Assembly (NCBI GenBank): GCA_038215615.1
Contig: JBBQQR010000020.1
Span: 1 to 43,825, forward strand
Origin: Vulcanimicrobiales bacterium
GTDB taxonomy: Bacteria; Vulcanimicrobiota; Vulcanimicrobiia; Vulcanimicrobiales; Vulcanimicrobiaceae
Reading direction: 5' to 3'
Length of the DNA: 43,825 bases
Shown: piece by piece, positions 23,308 to 32,215 of the stretch
Position numbering within the stretch: position 1 is the first letter of the stretch
Layout of the letters: every line of letters starts with the position of its first letter
The notes under the pieces: generated by a model
What the model was told of the DNA's origin: nothing
Databases searched by the model: none
What the model saw: the letters and a program-made list of their open reading frames with translations, nothing else
Program-made: the position numbers and the translations under genes

Positions 23308-23822
23308 CCGAAAGGATTCTCGGGATCGATCCGGGCCTGCGCGTGACGGGCTACGGCGTCATCGAATATTCCGGCGGCAAGACACGCGTTGTGGAAGCGG
23401 GCGTGGTTTCTCCCCGCGCCTCCTCTGCGCTGGAAGCGCGCTTGCACGAGCTGCACGCCGGAATCGAGAGAGTTGTCGCACTGACCCACCCGGATGTCAT
23501 TGTGATCGAAGAACTCTACACGACCTATCGCAATCCGATGACCGCGATCATGATGGGTCACGCGCGTGGGGTGTTATGCCTGGCGGGCGCTCAAGCCGGC
23601 ATTCCCGTTGCAACACTGGCGCATTCGCGCGTGAAGCGCGCGCTGGCCGGTTCCGGTGCGGCGCGCAAGGAGCAGGTCAACCGGATGGTCGCGCAACTCC
23701 TGGGCTTTAAGGCGCCGCTAGCGCCGGACGACGTGTCGGACGCGCTCGCGCTGGCGCTGGCTTACTGCAACGTTCGCGAACACGACCGTCGCCTACCCGA
23801 GCAGCTGCGGCATGTTCTCTAG
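23304..23822 (+). CDS. ruvC: Holliday junction resolvase RuvC
   Basis: RILGIDPG...TGYGVI, IEE, GHARGV, G.A.KEQV..MV, DD.SDALALAL. Confidence 0.96.
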   Translation: MTERILGIDPGLRVTGYGVIEYSGGKTRVVEAGVVSPRASSALEARLHELHAGIERVVALTHPDVIVIEELYTTYRNPMTAIMMGHARGVLCLAGAQAGIPVATLAHSRVKRALAGSGAARKEQVNRMVAQLLGFKAPLAPDDVSDALALALAYCNVREHDRRLPEQLRHVL

Positions 23823-24432
23823 AATTACCGGAACGCTCGTCGACCGGACCCAGGGAAACGTCGTGCTGGACGTAGGGGGCTTGTCCTATGATATCATCCT
23901 GCCGCCGTGCGTCGAAGAAAAAGTCGCGATCGAAAACGGCGGGCAGCTCTCGCTGGAGATCTATTCGGTGATGAATATGGAGGGCAATACCGGCCACTTC
24001 ACGTTCTACGGCTTCAGCAACGCCATCGAACGCGAGTTCTTCGAAAAGCTGCTGAGCGTCGCCAGCATAGGGCCGAGATCCGCGGCCCGGGCGTTCTCGC
24101 AACCGATGTCCCGCATCGCAGGCGCGATAGATCGGGGCGATCATGCGTTTCTTAAGTCGCTGCCCGGAATCGGGCAGCAGAAGGCGCGCGACATCGTCGC
24201 GAAGTTGCAAGGGAAGGTGACGAAGTTTCTGCTCATTCGCGATGCCGAACCGGCGCCGCCGGCGCGCATTCCGGATTTTGCGGAAGAAGCGCTCGCGGTG
24301 CTGCTGCAGCTGGAGTACCGCCGCGCCGAGGCCGAAGAGATGATCCGCTCGACCCTCGACGCCGCGCCCGGCATCAACGACTCCGAAACGTTGCTGGCCG
24401 AGATCTATCGGCAGCGTGCCGCCCATGAGTGA
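23812..24432 (+). CDS. ruvA: Holliday junction branch migration protein RuvA
   Basis: OB-fold start, FYGF...ERE.F..LLSV.SIGPRSA, LPGIG.QKA HhH motifs, C-terminal domain. Confidence 0.95.
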   Translation: MFSRITGTLVDRTQGNVVLDVGGLSYDIILPPCVEEKVAIENGGQLSLEIYSVMNMEGNTGHFTFYGFSNAIEREFFEKLLSVASIGPRSAARAFSQPMSRIAGAIDRGDHAFLKSLPGIGQQKARDIVAKLQGKVTKFLLIRDAEPAPPARIPDFAEEALAVLLQLEYRRAEAEEMIRSTLDAAPGINDSETLLAEIYRQRAAHE

Positions 24433-25498
24433 CGACGCGCTCAAGCGTTTGTACGGACCGCCGGGCGAAACCGATCCCGAACGCGTCGTCGACGCCGTCG
24501 ATTCGCTCGAGGATGAAGTCTACGGCGCCAGTTTACGTCCGCGCTCATTTGACGAATACGTGGGCCAGACGACGGTCGTGGAAAACCTCAAAATTGCGAT
24601 CGCAGCTGCCAAACAGCGCAACGAACCGTTGGAACACGTACTGTTTTACGGTCCACCGGGGCTCGGCAAAACGACGCTGGCCGCGCTGATCGCCAAAGAA
24701 CTCGGCAGCGCGCTCCGGCCGACGAGTGGTCCGACGTTAGAAAAGCCCAAGGATCTCGTCGGTATCCTCACTTCGCTCGAAGACGGCGACATTTTTTTCA
24801 TTGACGAAATCCACCGGCTCGGACGGGTCGTCGAAGAGTTTCTCTATCCCGCGATGGAGGAGTATCAAATCGACTTCGTCGTCGATCGCGGCGCGTACGC
24901 CAAGACGCTGAAGCTCCCGCTCAAACGCTTTACGCTAGTCGGCGCGACGACGCGCGCGGGGATGCTTTCCGCTCCGCTTCGCGAGCGGTTCGGCATCATG
25001 CATCATCTCGATTACTATGACGAAAGCGAACTCAAGCGCATCGTGCTGCGCTCCGCGGGTGTGCTCGGCGTGCCGATAGACGAAGACGCTGCGGCCACGA
25101 TCGCCCGGCGCAGCCGCGGCACTCCGCGCATCGCGAACCGTCTGCTGCGGCGCGTGCGGGACTTTGCCGAAGTCCGCGCCGACGGGCGCGTCACCAAACC
25201 GGTAGCGGAAGAAGCGCTCGCGCGCGAAGGCGTCGACGAGCTCGGACTGGATCGCCTCGATCGTGCGTTTCTGAAAACAATTATCGAACAGTACCGCGGC
25301 GGGCCGGTCGGTATTGCGGCAATTGCGGCAACGCTCACCGAAGACGCCGAAACGCTCGAGGACGTCGTCGAGCCCTACCTCTTGAAGGCGGGCTTTGTCA
25401 CGCGCACGGCCGCGGGACGCAAAGCGACGCCGGATGCCTACTCTCATTTGGGCGTGACCGGAGGCGCGGAGCGCGCCCAACAGGAGCGTCTGCTCTGA
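24425..25498 (+). CDS. ruvB: Holliday junction branch migration ATPase RuvB
   Basis: SLRP..FDEYVGQ, GPPGLGKTTLA, FIDEIHR, GATTRAG, RGTPRIANRLLRRVRD. Confidence 0.98.
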   Translation: MSDDALKRLYGPPGETDPERVVDAVDSLEDEVYGASLRPRSFDEYVGQTTVVENLKIAIAAAKQRNEPLEHVLFYGPPGLGKTTLAALIAKELGSALRPTSGPTLEKPKDLVGILTSLEDGDIFFIDEIHRLGRVVEEFLYPAMEEYQIDFVVDRGAYAKTLKLPLKRFTLVGATTRAGMLSAPLRERFGIMHHLDYYDESELKRIVLRSAGVLGVPIDEDAAATIARRSRGTPRIANRLLRRVRDFAEVRADGRVTKPVAEEALAREGVDELGLDRLDRAFLKTIIEQYRGGPVGIAAIAATLTEDAETLEDVVEPYLLKAGFVTRTAAGRKATPDAYSHLGVTGGAERAQQERLL

Positions 25499-26493
25499 AA
25501 CGCTCGGCGTTTCTTGCCGCAGCGGCGGCACTCACCGGCAGTTGCAGTTTAGAGGCCCGAGCGATCGCACAAGAGGATCCCGCGGTATCTTCGCAGGTTC
25601 CCGCGCTGCGCGTGTTGCTTGGCCAAGGACACGTCCAACCGATCGACGGGCAAACGTTTCTGTACGAAGGACGGCGTTATCGCGGGACGGCGGCAATCTT
25701 GCCCGACACGGGTCAGGTCGTCAGCACTGTACCTATCGAACAATACTTGTACAGCGTCGTTTCGCGCGAGATGCCGCGCAGCTGGCCGCCCGGCTCACTG
25801 CAAGCTCAGGCGATACTCGCGCGCACGTATGTGCTGCAGCGCAGCAATCCCAATCGCGGGTACGATCTGGTTCCCTCCGAGACCGATCAAGTGTACAGCG
25901 GCGTCGACGCCGAGGCAGCGCAAACAAGCGCCGCCGTTGATGCAACCGCCGGCCAAGCGCTGCGGTTCGGCGCGGGTTTCGCTTCGATTGCCTACTCCGC
26001 GTGCTGCGGCGGTCACACCGAATCTTCCGCGGACGCGTGGGGCGGAAGGCCTTTGCCGTATCTCTCCGGCGTCGCATGCGATTACTGCAAAGACTCGTCT
26101 TGGTACCATTGGACGCAAACCGTCAGTGCCGACGCGCTTCTGGGCGCGCTCGGAAATCAGTCGGCCGCAATCGGCGATCTCCAAAACATCTCCCTGGACT
26201 CTCCAGACGCCAGTGGCCGCTCGCGATTCTGGACCTTTACCGGAAGCGCGGGTTCCACGCGTTTGAAAGCCGCCGACGTTCGGCGCGCCATCGGCTCACG
26301 CGTCATTCCAAGCTTGCTGATACGCAAAACCGCTTTCGACCCCGCGTCCCAAACCTCAACGATCGAAGGCGCCGGATTGGGCCACGGCGTCGGGTTCTGT
26401 CAGTGGGGCGCGCGCGGACTTGCAAAGACCGGCGCGGACGCCGCCGCGATTCTCGCGTTCTACTTCCCGGGCACGAGCATCGGCACTGTCTGA
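25495..26493 (+). CDS. SpoIID/LytB-domain lytic transglycosylase; proposed CTG start at 25495, first canonical start GTG 25612
   Basis: YRG, EQYL.SVV.REMP..WP...LQAQAILARTY, DQVY.G, CCGGHTE, GHGVGFCQWGA, IL.FYFPG; an in-frame signal peptide lies upstream of the GTG. Confidence 0.88.
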   Translation: MKRSAFLAAAAALTGSCSLEARAIAQEDPAVSSQVPALRVLLGQGHVQPIDGQTFLYEGRRYRGTAAILPDTGQVVSTVPIEQYLYSVVSREMPRSWPPGSLQAQAILARTYVLQRSNPNRGYDLVPSETDQVYSGVDAEAAQTSAAVDATAGQALRFGAGFASIAYSACCGGHTESSADAWGGRPLPYLSGVACDYCKDSSWYHWTQTVSADALLGALGNQSAAIGDLQNISLDSPDASGRSRFWTFTGSAGSTRLKAADVRRAIGSRVIPSLLIRKTAFDPASQTSTIEGAGLGHGVGFCQWGARGLAKTGADAAAILAFYFPGTSIGTV

Positions 26494-27568
26494 ACTCGCC
26501 TCCGCGTACGATTACGATCTGCCGAAAGATCTGATCGCGCAGCGCCCAGCGGAGCCGCGCGATTCCTCGCGGCTGCTGGCCGTGCGCGGCGATACGTTAG
26601 CACATTTACGGTTCACCGATTTTCCGTCGCGGCTGCGCGGCGGAGACTTGCTCGTCCTCAACGAGACGCGCGTCATTCCGGCGCGCGTGCACGGGCGGCG
26701 TACACCGAGCGGCGGCGAGGTCGAACTGCTCTTTTTGCGGCCGGCGCAAGAGGCGCATTACGATCCGCGATCGTCGCGTTGGCTAGTGCTTGCCAAGCCG
26801 GGCCGGCGATTGCGCGCCGGTGAGCGCATTGCGTTCGGTGAATTCGGCGAGGCGGTCGTGGCCGGCGTTCGCGCGGATGGCGTCCGGGTAGTCGAATTGC
26901 GGCTCAACGTTGAGTTCGAGGAGTTCCTCGACCGCGCCGGTGAGTTGCCGTTGCCGCCCTACGTTACCGAAGATTCGCAACAGGCGCGCAGCGGATACCA
27001 GACGATCTTTGCGCGCGATCCGGGCAGCGTGGCTGCCCCGACCGCATCGCTGCATTTTACGCAAGCGGTTTTCGACGATCTTCAGCAGCGGCACATCGAG
27101 GTTGCGAAGCTGTCGTTAGACGTCGGGCTCGGTACGTTCCGGCCGCTCCAAAGCGAGCGAATCGAAGAACACACGATGCATGCCGAGTACTTTTCGATTC
27201 CGCAAGAGACCGCGCACGCGGTGAGGCGCGCCAAAGAAGAAGGCCGTCGCATTGTGGCGGCCGGGACGACGGTCGTGCGCGCATTGGAAGCTTCGGCGCG
27301 CGGTCGGGGCGAGGTACAGCCCGGCGCCGGCGAAACCGATCTTTTCATCAAGCCCGGCTTCCGATTCCAAATCGTCGATGCGCTGCTCACGAATTTCCAC
27401 TTGCCGCGCTCGACGCTGCTGGTGCTCGTTTGTGCGTTTGCGGGGCGGAACCGGATCTTCCGTGCGTACCGCGAAGCCGTCGAAAACCGTTACCGCTTTT
27501 TTTCTTTCGGCGACGCGATGTTTATCGAATCGCGCGGTTCCGCAGCCAGCGACGCGGCTTCACTATAA
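26486..27568 (+). CDS. queA: S-adenosylmethionine:tRNA ribosyltransferase-isomerase; proposed CTG start at 26486 (alternative TTG 26420)
   Basis: YDYDLP..LIAQ.P..PRD.SRLL, N.TRVIPAR, PLPPY, YQT, GSVAAPTA.LHF, GTT.VRALE, TNFHLP, YRFFSFGDAM. Confidence 0.95.
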   Translation: MSELASAYDYDLPKDLIAQRPAEPRDSSRLLAVRGDTLAHLRFTDFPSRLRGGDLLVLNETRVIPARVHGRRTPSGGEVELLFLRPAQEAHYDPRSSRWLVLAKPGRRLRAGERIAFGEFGEAVVAGVRADGVRVVELRLNVEFEEFLDRAGELPLPPYVTEDSQQARSGYQTIFARDPGSVAAPTASLHFTQAVFDDLQQRHIEVAKLSLDVGLGTFRPLQSERIEEHTMHAEYFSIPQETAHAVRRAKEEGRRIVAAGTTVVRALEASARGRGEVQPGAGETDLFIKPGFRFQIVDALLTNFHLPRSTLLVLVCAFAGRNRIFRAYREAVENRYRFFSFGDAMFIESRGSAASDAASL

Positions 27569-28995
27569 AAGACGAGACCCGGCGCGGCGCCGGGGCGTTT
27601 GCGCACGTGCTTACGCTGCGTATAATCCACGACGACCCTTAGGCTACTGCGGCCCTTCGAATGCAGTGCGGCCAGTTCGGCAGCGATGCGAATGTCCTCG
27701 TCGCAAGGAGCGGCGCGATCGTCTCGCTGCAAAATGACGTGAGCGCCCGGCTGCCCGCGCGCGTGAAACCAGAGATCGTTGGGCCGCGCGGTTCGAAATG
27801 TCAGTTCGGCATTTTCAGCTGGAGATCGTCCAACGTACACGCGCGTTCCCGCGGGAGTCACGCCTTGCATCGGTGCGCGTTTCCGCGGCCGGCTCTTCGG
27901 CGCAGCGGCAGCGCCACGCGGCTTAACGAGTTCGAGTATTTCGCGCACCTGGTCGTGATCCGCGCGTTCGAGTTCCCAGCGCAACTCTTCGACTTCCTCT
28001 AAGCTTCCCCGCACCGCGTTGCGCCTGCGCGCGAGATGAGCGGCTGCGCTTCCGGCTTTTTTGTATCGCGCGAATACTGCGGCGGCCTCATCCTTCGCGG
28101 CTTGGCGATCGGCCGGGGCAAGCTCGTGCAATCCGCCGTAGATCGCATCGCCGCGCGCGCGCAGATCGTCGCGCGTCGCCGATACTGCCAGCGCGGCCTC
28201 CACACGCGCGAGCTCCGCGTTCAGTTTCCGTGCGCGCTCTTCGAGCATGCGCTGTGCGCCGGCGCGAACTTTGTCTTCCCCGGCTCCGGATTCCGAAGGA
28301 ACGGCCGCCGTCGTCCGCAGTTCCGAAAACAATTCTATCAGCGACGGAGTTCGCTCGCATGCCGACTCTTCGAAGCCGGTTAGCGGAACGACGTGCCCTT
28401 GCAAGAGCGCGCCGGCGTCGTCGCGGTAAACGTAGAGGTCGTTTCCGCGGACTGCTTCGGCCGACGGTTCCTCTGCGAACTGCGATCCCATTTTTCCCGC
28501 CCGCGCAGGCGGCGGTTCGTACGCGATTCCCGGACGAACCGATCGCGCGGCTTTGCCGGAACGCCGAAATTCCTTGAGCGCCGCAACGACAATCCCGCCC
28601 TTTGCGATGATGATGTTTCCGAATCGCGGCACGAGTTCGCAGATCACGTTGTACGATTCGGGAACTCCGAAGCGCGACTGCGCGGCAAATTGCAGTTCCA
28701 GAATGCGTTCGCCCTCGATCGCGCGAGATGCGGTCAGCGACTTTCCGCGCAGAGCGGCGCCAGCCGCGCGAACGAAGCCCGGCTCCGCCGCAATGGGCAG
28801 CTCGCCGTCTTCAACCGTGATGAGCGGCGTGGGTGCGAAGACGTCTGCGCACATCAGCTGCGTACGGCCCTTTTTCCACAGTGCCATCGCGAAGCGACCA
28901 TCCTCGAGCTGGCCCACATCGCGGACGCGCGCCCCTTGGAACCGGCTTTCAATCTCGAGCGCCAGGCGGGCGATCAGGATGGCGTCAGTCCGCAT
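27490..28995 (-). CDS. rqcH: NFACT-family ribosome quality-control protein (RqcH/Rqc2/FbpA-like)
   Basis: NFACT-N (ERILEL, ELVPRFGNIII), coiled coil, NFACT-R (YVGRS..EN..LTF..A.PNDLWFHA...PGAHV, VDYTQRKHV.K..GA.PG.V.Y). Confidence 0.85.
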   Translation of the reverse strand: MRTDAILIARLALEIESRFQGARVRDVGQLEDGRFAMALWKKGRTQLMCADVFAPTPLITVEDGELPIAAEPGFVRAAGAALRGKSLTASRAIEGERILELQFAAQSRFGVPESYNVICELVPRFGNIIIAKGGIVVAALKEFRRSGKAARSVRPGIAYEPPPARAGKMGSQFAEEPSAEAVRGNDLYVYRDDAGALLQGHVVPLTGFEESACERTPSLIELFSELRTTAAVPSESGAGEDKVRAGAQRMLEERARKLNAELARVEAALAVSATRDDLRARGDAIYGGLHELAPADRQAAKDEAAAVFARYKKAGSAAAHLARRRNAVRGSLEEVEELRWELERADHDQVREILELVKPRGAAAAPKSRPRKRAPMQGVTPAGTRVYVGRSPAENAELTFRTARPNDLWFHARGQPGAHVILQRDDRAAPCDEDIRIAAELAALHSKGRSSLRVVVDYTQRKHVRKRPGAAPGLVFYSEAASLAAEPRDSINIASPKEKKR

Positions 28996-29152
28996 CGGCA
29001 AGACGCCTTCTGTGATACAACATATTCATGGTCAGAGGCATCATTAGGCTCACGGGCGCCCTTCGCCCGGGCGCCGCAGGCCCGTTCTCGTGACCAGGGG
29101 ACCCACCCGGCCGGTCGGAACACTAGGCCCTTTGCCAGAGAGGAACTCCGCT

Positions 29153-29770
29153 GTGCTGGGCCCGGGCTTGCTCTTCGTGGTCTCCGGCCCGTCGGGGGCC
29201 GGCAAGGACACGCTCGTGGACGCGCTCCTGGCACGCACGGGGCGCCTGCGGTACTCTGTCTCGGCCACGACGAGGGCTCCCAGGCCGGGCGAGCGAGAGG
29301 GCGAGCACTACTTTTTCGTTTCGCGTGAGGAGTTCGAAAAGCGCGCTTCGGCCGACGGGCTGCTCGAATGGCGCGAGTACAACGGAAACCTATACGGAAC
29401 TCCGAGGGACTTCGTCGAAGATACCCTGACCCAGGGCTACGACCTGATCATGAAGCCCGAAGTAAACGGTGCGCTCTCGATCAAAAGTACGTTTCCGGAT
29501 GCCGTACTCATATTTTTGCTTCCGGACCGGTTTTCGTATCTGCGCGGGCGCTTGCTCGCGCGGCGGACTGAAACCAACGAAGAGATCGCCGGGCGCCTTG
29601 AAACCGCGCACGAAGAGATCAGGAATATTCGAGACTTTGACTACATCGTCATCAATGAGGAGCATCGCTCCGACGAGGCGGTCAAAGACTTGCAAGCCAT
29701 ACTGCAGGCGGAGCGGTTCCGCATTCACCGTTTTGGTGACGACGCTATAAGGAAATTGGAACACTCATAA
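29153..29770 (+). CDS. gmk: Guanylate kinase
   Basis: VSGPSGAGK, SVSATTR.PRPGE.EG.HYFF, N.YGTP; GTG 29153 is preceded by SD-like GAGAGGA (ORF track starts at 29090). Confidence 0.96.
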   Translation: MLGPGLLFVVSGPSGAGKDTLVDALLARTGRLRYSVSATTRAPRPGEREGEHYFFVSREEFEKRASADGLLEWREYNGNLYGTPRDFVEDTLTQGYDLIMKPEVNGALSIKSTFPDAVLIFLLPDRFSYLRGRLLARRTETNEEIAGRLETAHEEIRNIRDFDYIVINEEHRSDEAVKDLQAILQAERFRIHRFGDDAIRKLEHS

Positions 29771-29988
29771 TGACCGAACCAGTCTTCGGAGATCTCGACG
29801 AACTGCTCAAACACGTCGATTCAAAATTCAGTCTCGTCAACGTTGTGACCAAACGCGCCAAACAGTTGAACAACGGCGCCCCTGAGTTGACCGAAAACAT
29901 CAATCCCAACAAGCCGGTTTCGACCGCCTTCGCGGAAGTTGCGACAGGGAAGATCCACTATCACCGGACCAAAGAGGGAATAAAGTAG
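29770..29988 (+). CDS. rpoZ: RNA polymerase omega subunit
   Basis: DELL..VDSKFSLV...KRAKQL, KPVS.A..E...GKI; follows gmk with a TAATG overlap. Confidence 0.94.
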   Translation: MTEPVFGDLDELLKHVDSKFSLVNVVTKRAKQLNNGAPELTENINPNKPVSTAFAEVATGKIHYHRTKEGIK

Positions 29989-29995
29989 CTCTTCC

Positions 29996-31834
29996 ATGTG
30001 CGGGATAGTCGGATATATCGGCGAGCGCGACAGCGTCCCGATCATTCTGGACTCGCTCGCGCGCTTGGAGTATCGCGGATACGATAGCGCCGGCATTGCC
30101 GTCATCGACAGCGCCGGTGCGCTGACAGGTTCGAAAGCCGAAGGAAAGCTTCAGCGGCTGGCCGAGCGGCTCCGTAACGGCGAGGCGCTTTCGGGACGCG
30201 TCGGCGTCGGCCATACACGATGGGCCACGCATGGAAGGCCCTCCGACGCAAACGCGCATCCGCACATGGATTGTACCGGGCGGATCGCCGTCGTGCACAA
30301 CGGCATTATCGAAAATTACGCGCCGCTGCGCGCGCGCCTCATCGAGTCGGGCCACATCTTTAAAAGCGAGACCGACACCGAGGTGCTCGCTCATCTCATC
30401 GAAGCGCACTACGACGGAAATCTGGAAGAAGCGCTGCGGCGGACACTGCGTGAGGTGCGCGGCGCGTACGCGCTCGGCGTCATCAGCTCGGACGATCCGG
30501 ATCATCTGATCTTTGCCCGCAACGGCGCGAGCCCGTTGGTGGTCGGCATCGGCAACGGCGAAATGTTCGTCGCCTCCGACACGCCGGCAATTCTCCAATA
30601 CACGCGCAAAGAGATCATCCTTCAGGAGGGCGAGATCGTCGTCGTCGGCCGCGACGGCTGGCGTCTGACGGATTACGACGGTAAGCCGATTGCGCGTGAA
30701 GTGATGAATATCACGTGGGACGTCACATCGGCCGAAAAAAGCGGCTACAAGCATTTCATGCTCAAGGAGATCTTCGAACAGCCCAACGTCATCAAAGAGA
30801 CGCTCTCCGGGCGGGTGGACGAAAACAATGACGTGCACTTGGCCGCCGAGATCGGCATGGACGAAGCGAAGCTGCGCGATCTCTCGAAAATCGCAATCAC
30901 GGGGTGCGGCACCGCGTATCACGCCGGCATGGTCGGCATGTACTTGCTGCGGTCCCTGGTGCACATTCCAGTCGAGATGGAGCTCGCAAGCGAATTTCGG
31001 TACGGCGATCCCGTCATCGATCCGACGTCGCTGACAATCGCAATGTCGCAGTCGGGCGAGACCGCGGATACGATTGAAGCCGTGCGTATTGCGAAGGAAG
31101 CGGGCAGCTCGGTACTCGGCATCTGCAATGTCCTCGGCTCGCACCTAATGCGGCTCGCGGACGGAATGCTCTTCACGCGCGGCGGACCGGAAATCGGCGT
31201 CGCCGCTTCAAAAACGTACGTCTCGCAAGTGACGGCCATGACGCTGTTCGCGCTCTATCTCGCGCGCCTGCGCGAGACGGCGCCGCTCGAGCGCTTGCGG
31301 GAGATCGCCGATAACGCGCGGCTCTTACCCGCCGCTGTAGACGTCGTATTGAACACATCCGACGAAATCCGCAAAGTCGCGCGGCGCATACGCAAGGCGC
31401 GTTCGGTGCTGTTCATCGGCCGATACATCAATTTTCCGACCGCTCTCGAAGGCGCGCTTAAACTCAAGGAAATATCGTACATTCACGCTGAGGGGTACGC
31501 GGCGGGCGAAATGAAGCACGGGCCGATCGCGCTGCTGGACCCAAACGTGCCCGTGGTCGGCGTGATGACCGATGGACGCGTCCGCGAAAAACTTCTCTCC
31601 AATTTAGCGGAATCGAAGGCGCGCGAAGCCCCGATCATCGTCGTCGCAAACCATGGCGACGAAGACGCCAAAGCGATTGCCGACCATGTGTTTTGGGTTC
31701 CGAAAGTAGACGAGCTGCTCTCGCCCATCGTGAACGTCATTCCACTGCAGTTGTTGGCCTACCATATCGCCGACATCGAAGGCAAGGACGTCGATCAGCC
31801 GCGCAACCTCGCCAAGACCGTCACCGTCGAATAA
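29996..31834 (+). CDS. glmS: Glutamine--fructose-6-phosphate aminotransferase
   Basis: MCGIVG, LEYRGYDSAG, GHTRWATHG, SQSGETADT, PRNLAKTVTVE. Confidence 0.98.
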   Translation: MCGIVGYIGERDSVPIILDSLARLEYRGYDSAGIAVIDSAGALTGSKAEGKLQRLAERLRNGEALSGRVGVGHTRWATHGRPSDANAHPHMDCTGRIAVVHNGIIENYAPLRARLIESGHIFKSETDTEVLAHLIEAHYDGNLEEALRRTLREVRGAYALGVISSDDPDHLIFARNGASPLVVGIGNGEMFVASDTPAILQYTRKEIILQEGEIVVVGRDGWRLTDYDGKPIAREVMNITWDVTSAEKSGYKHFMLKEIFEQPNVIKETLSGRVDENNDVHLAAEIGMDEAKLRDLSKIAITGCGTAYHAGMVGMYLLRSLVHIPVEMELASEFRYGDPVIDPTSLTIAMSQSGETADTIEAVRIAKEAGSSVLGICNVLGSHLMRLADGMLFTRGGPEIGVAASKTYVSQVTAMTLFALYLARLRETAPLERLREIADNARLLPAAVDVVLNTSDEIRKVARRIRKARSVLFIGRYINFPTALEGALKLKEISYIHAEGYAAGEMKHGPIALLDPNVPVVGVMTDGRVREKLLSNLAESKAREAPIIVVANHGDEDAKAIADHVFWVPKVDELLSPIVNVIPLQLLAYHIADIEGKDVDQPRNLAKTVTVE

Positions 31835-31837
31835 CTC

Positions 31838-32215
31838 ATGCCCACCAAAAAGCAGGTCGAAGAGGCGATCTTCGCGCTGGAAGGCTTCCGTGTTGAATTC
31901 GATCTTTTCGATCCTAAGCACCCGCTGCCCGAGTACGAATGGCGCGTCATGGCGCCGCAGCGCTGGAAAATTTCGGATTGGAAGAACGAGCGTCTGGGCG
32001 GCTACCGCACCTTGGCCAAAGGCTTGAGCGTCTTTCGCGGAGACGGTTCGCCGGTTCCGCGGGACATGCAGTTGGGAAATCTCCGCGACGGCTACTTCGA
32101 AGCGCAGTACGGTCAGATCGCGCATGGCGGATCGGAAAAGCCCTCCAACGTGATCCGCATGGATGGGCGCGAGGGCGGAGTCACGGGCCGCGGACGCAAA
32201 CCTCGCCGCACATGA
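31838..32215 (+). CDS. Hypothetical protein (125 aa)
   Basis: Fills the glmS-rph gap exactly (3 nt after glmS stop, ATGA overlap with rph); globular N-terminal ~90 aa and a basic tail. Confidence 0.75.
   Translation: MPTKKQVEEAIFALEGFRVEFDLFDPKHPLPEYEWRVMAPQRWKISDWKNERLGGYRTLAKGLSVFRGDGSPVPRDMQLGNLRDGYFEAQYGQIAHGGSEKPSNVIRMDGREGGVTGRGRKPRRT

Noticed and set aside
25495..26493. SpoIID as evidence of sporulation
   Set aside because: SpoIID/LytB domains are widespread in non-sporulating bacteria, and the ruvB-spoIID-queA order is common.
29989..29995. glmS ribozyme
   Set aside because: Only 7 nt separate rpoZ and glmS.
31939..32211. N-terminal extensions of rph, panE (36333) and moxR (13158) in the ORF track
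   Set aside because: They overlap upstream genes in another frame; family-like sequence starts at the later codons.
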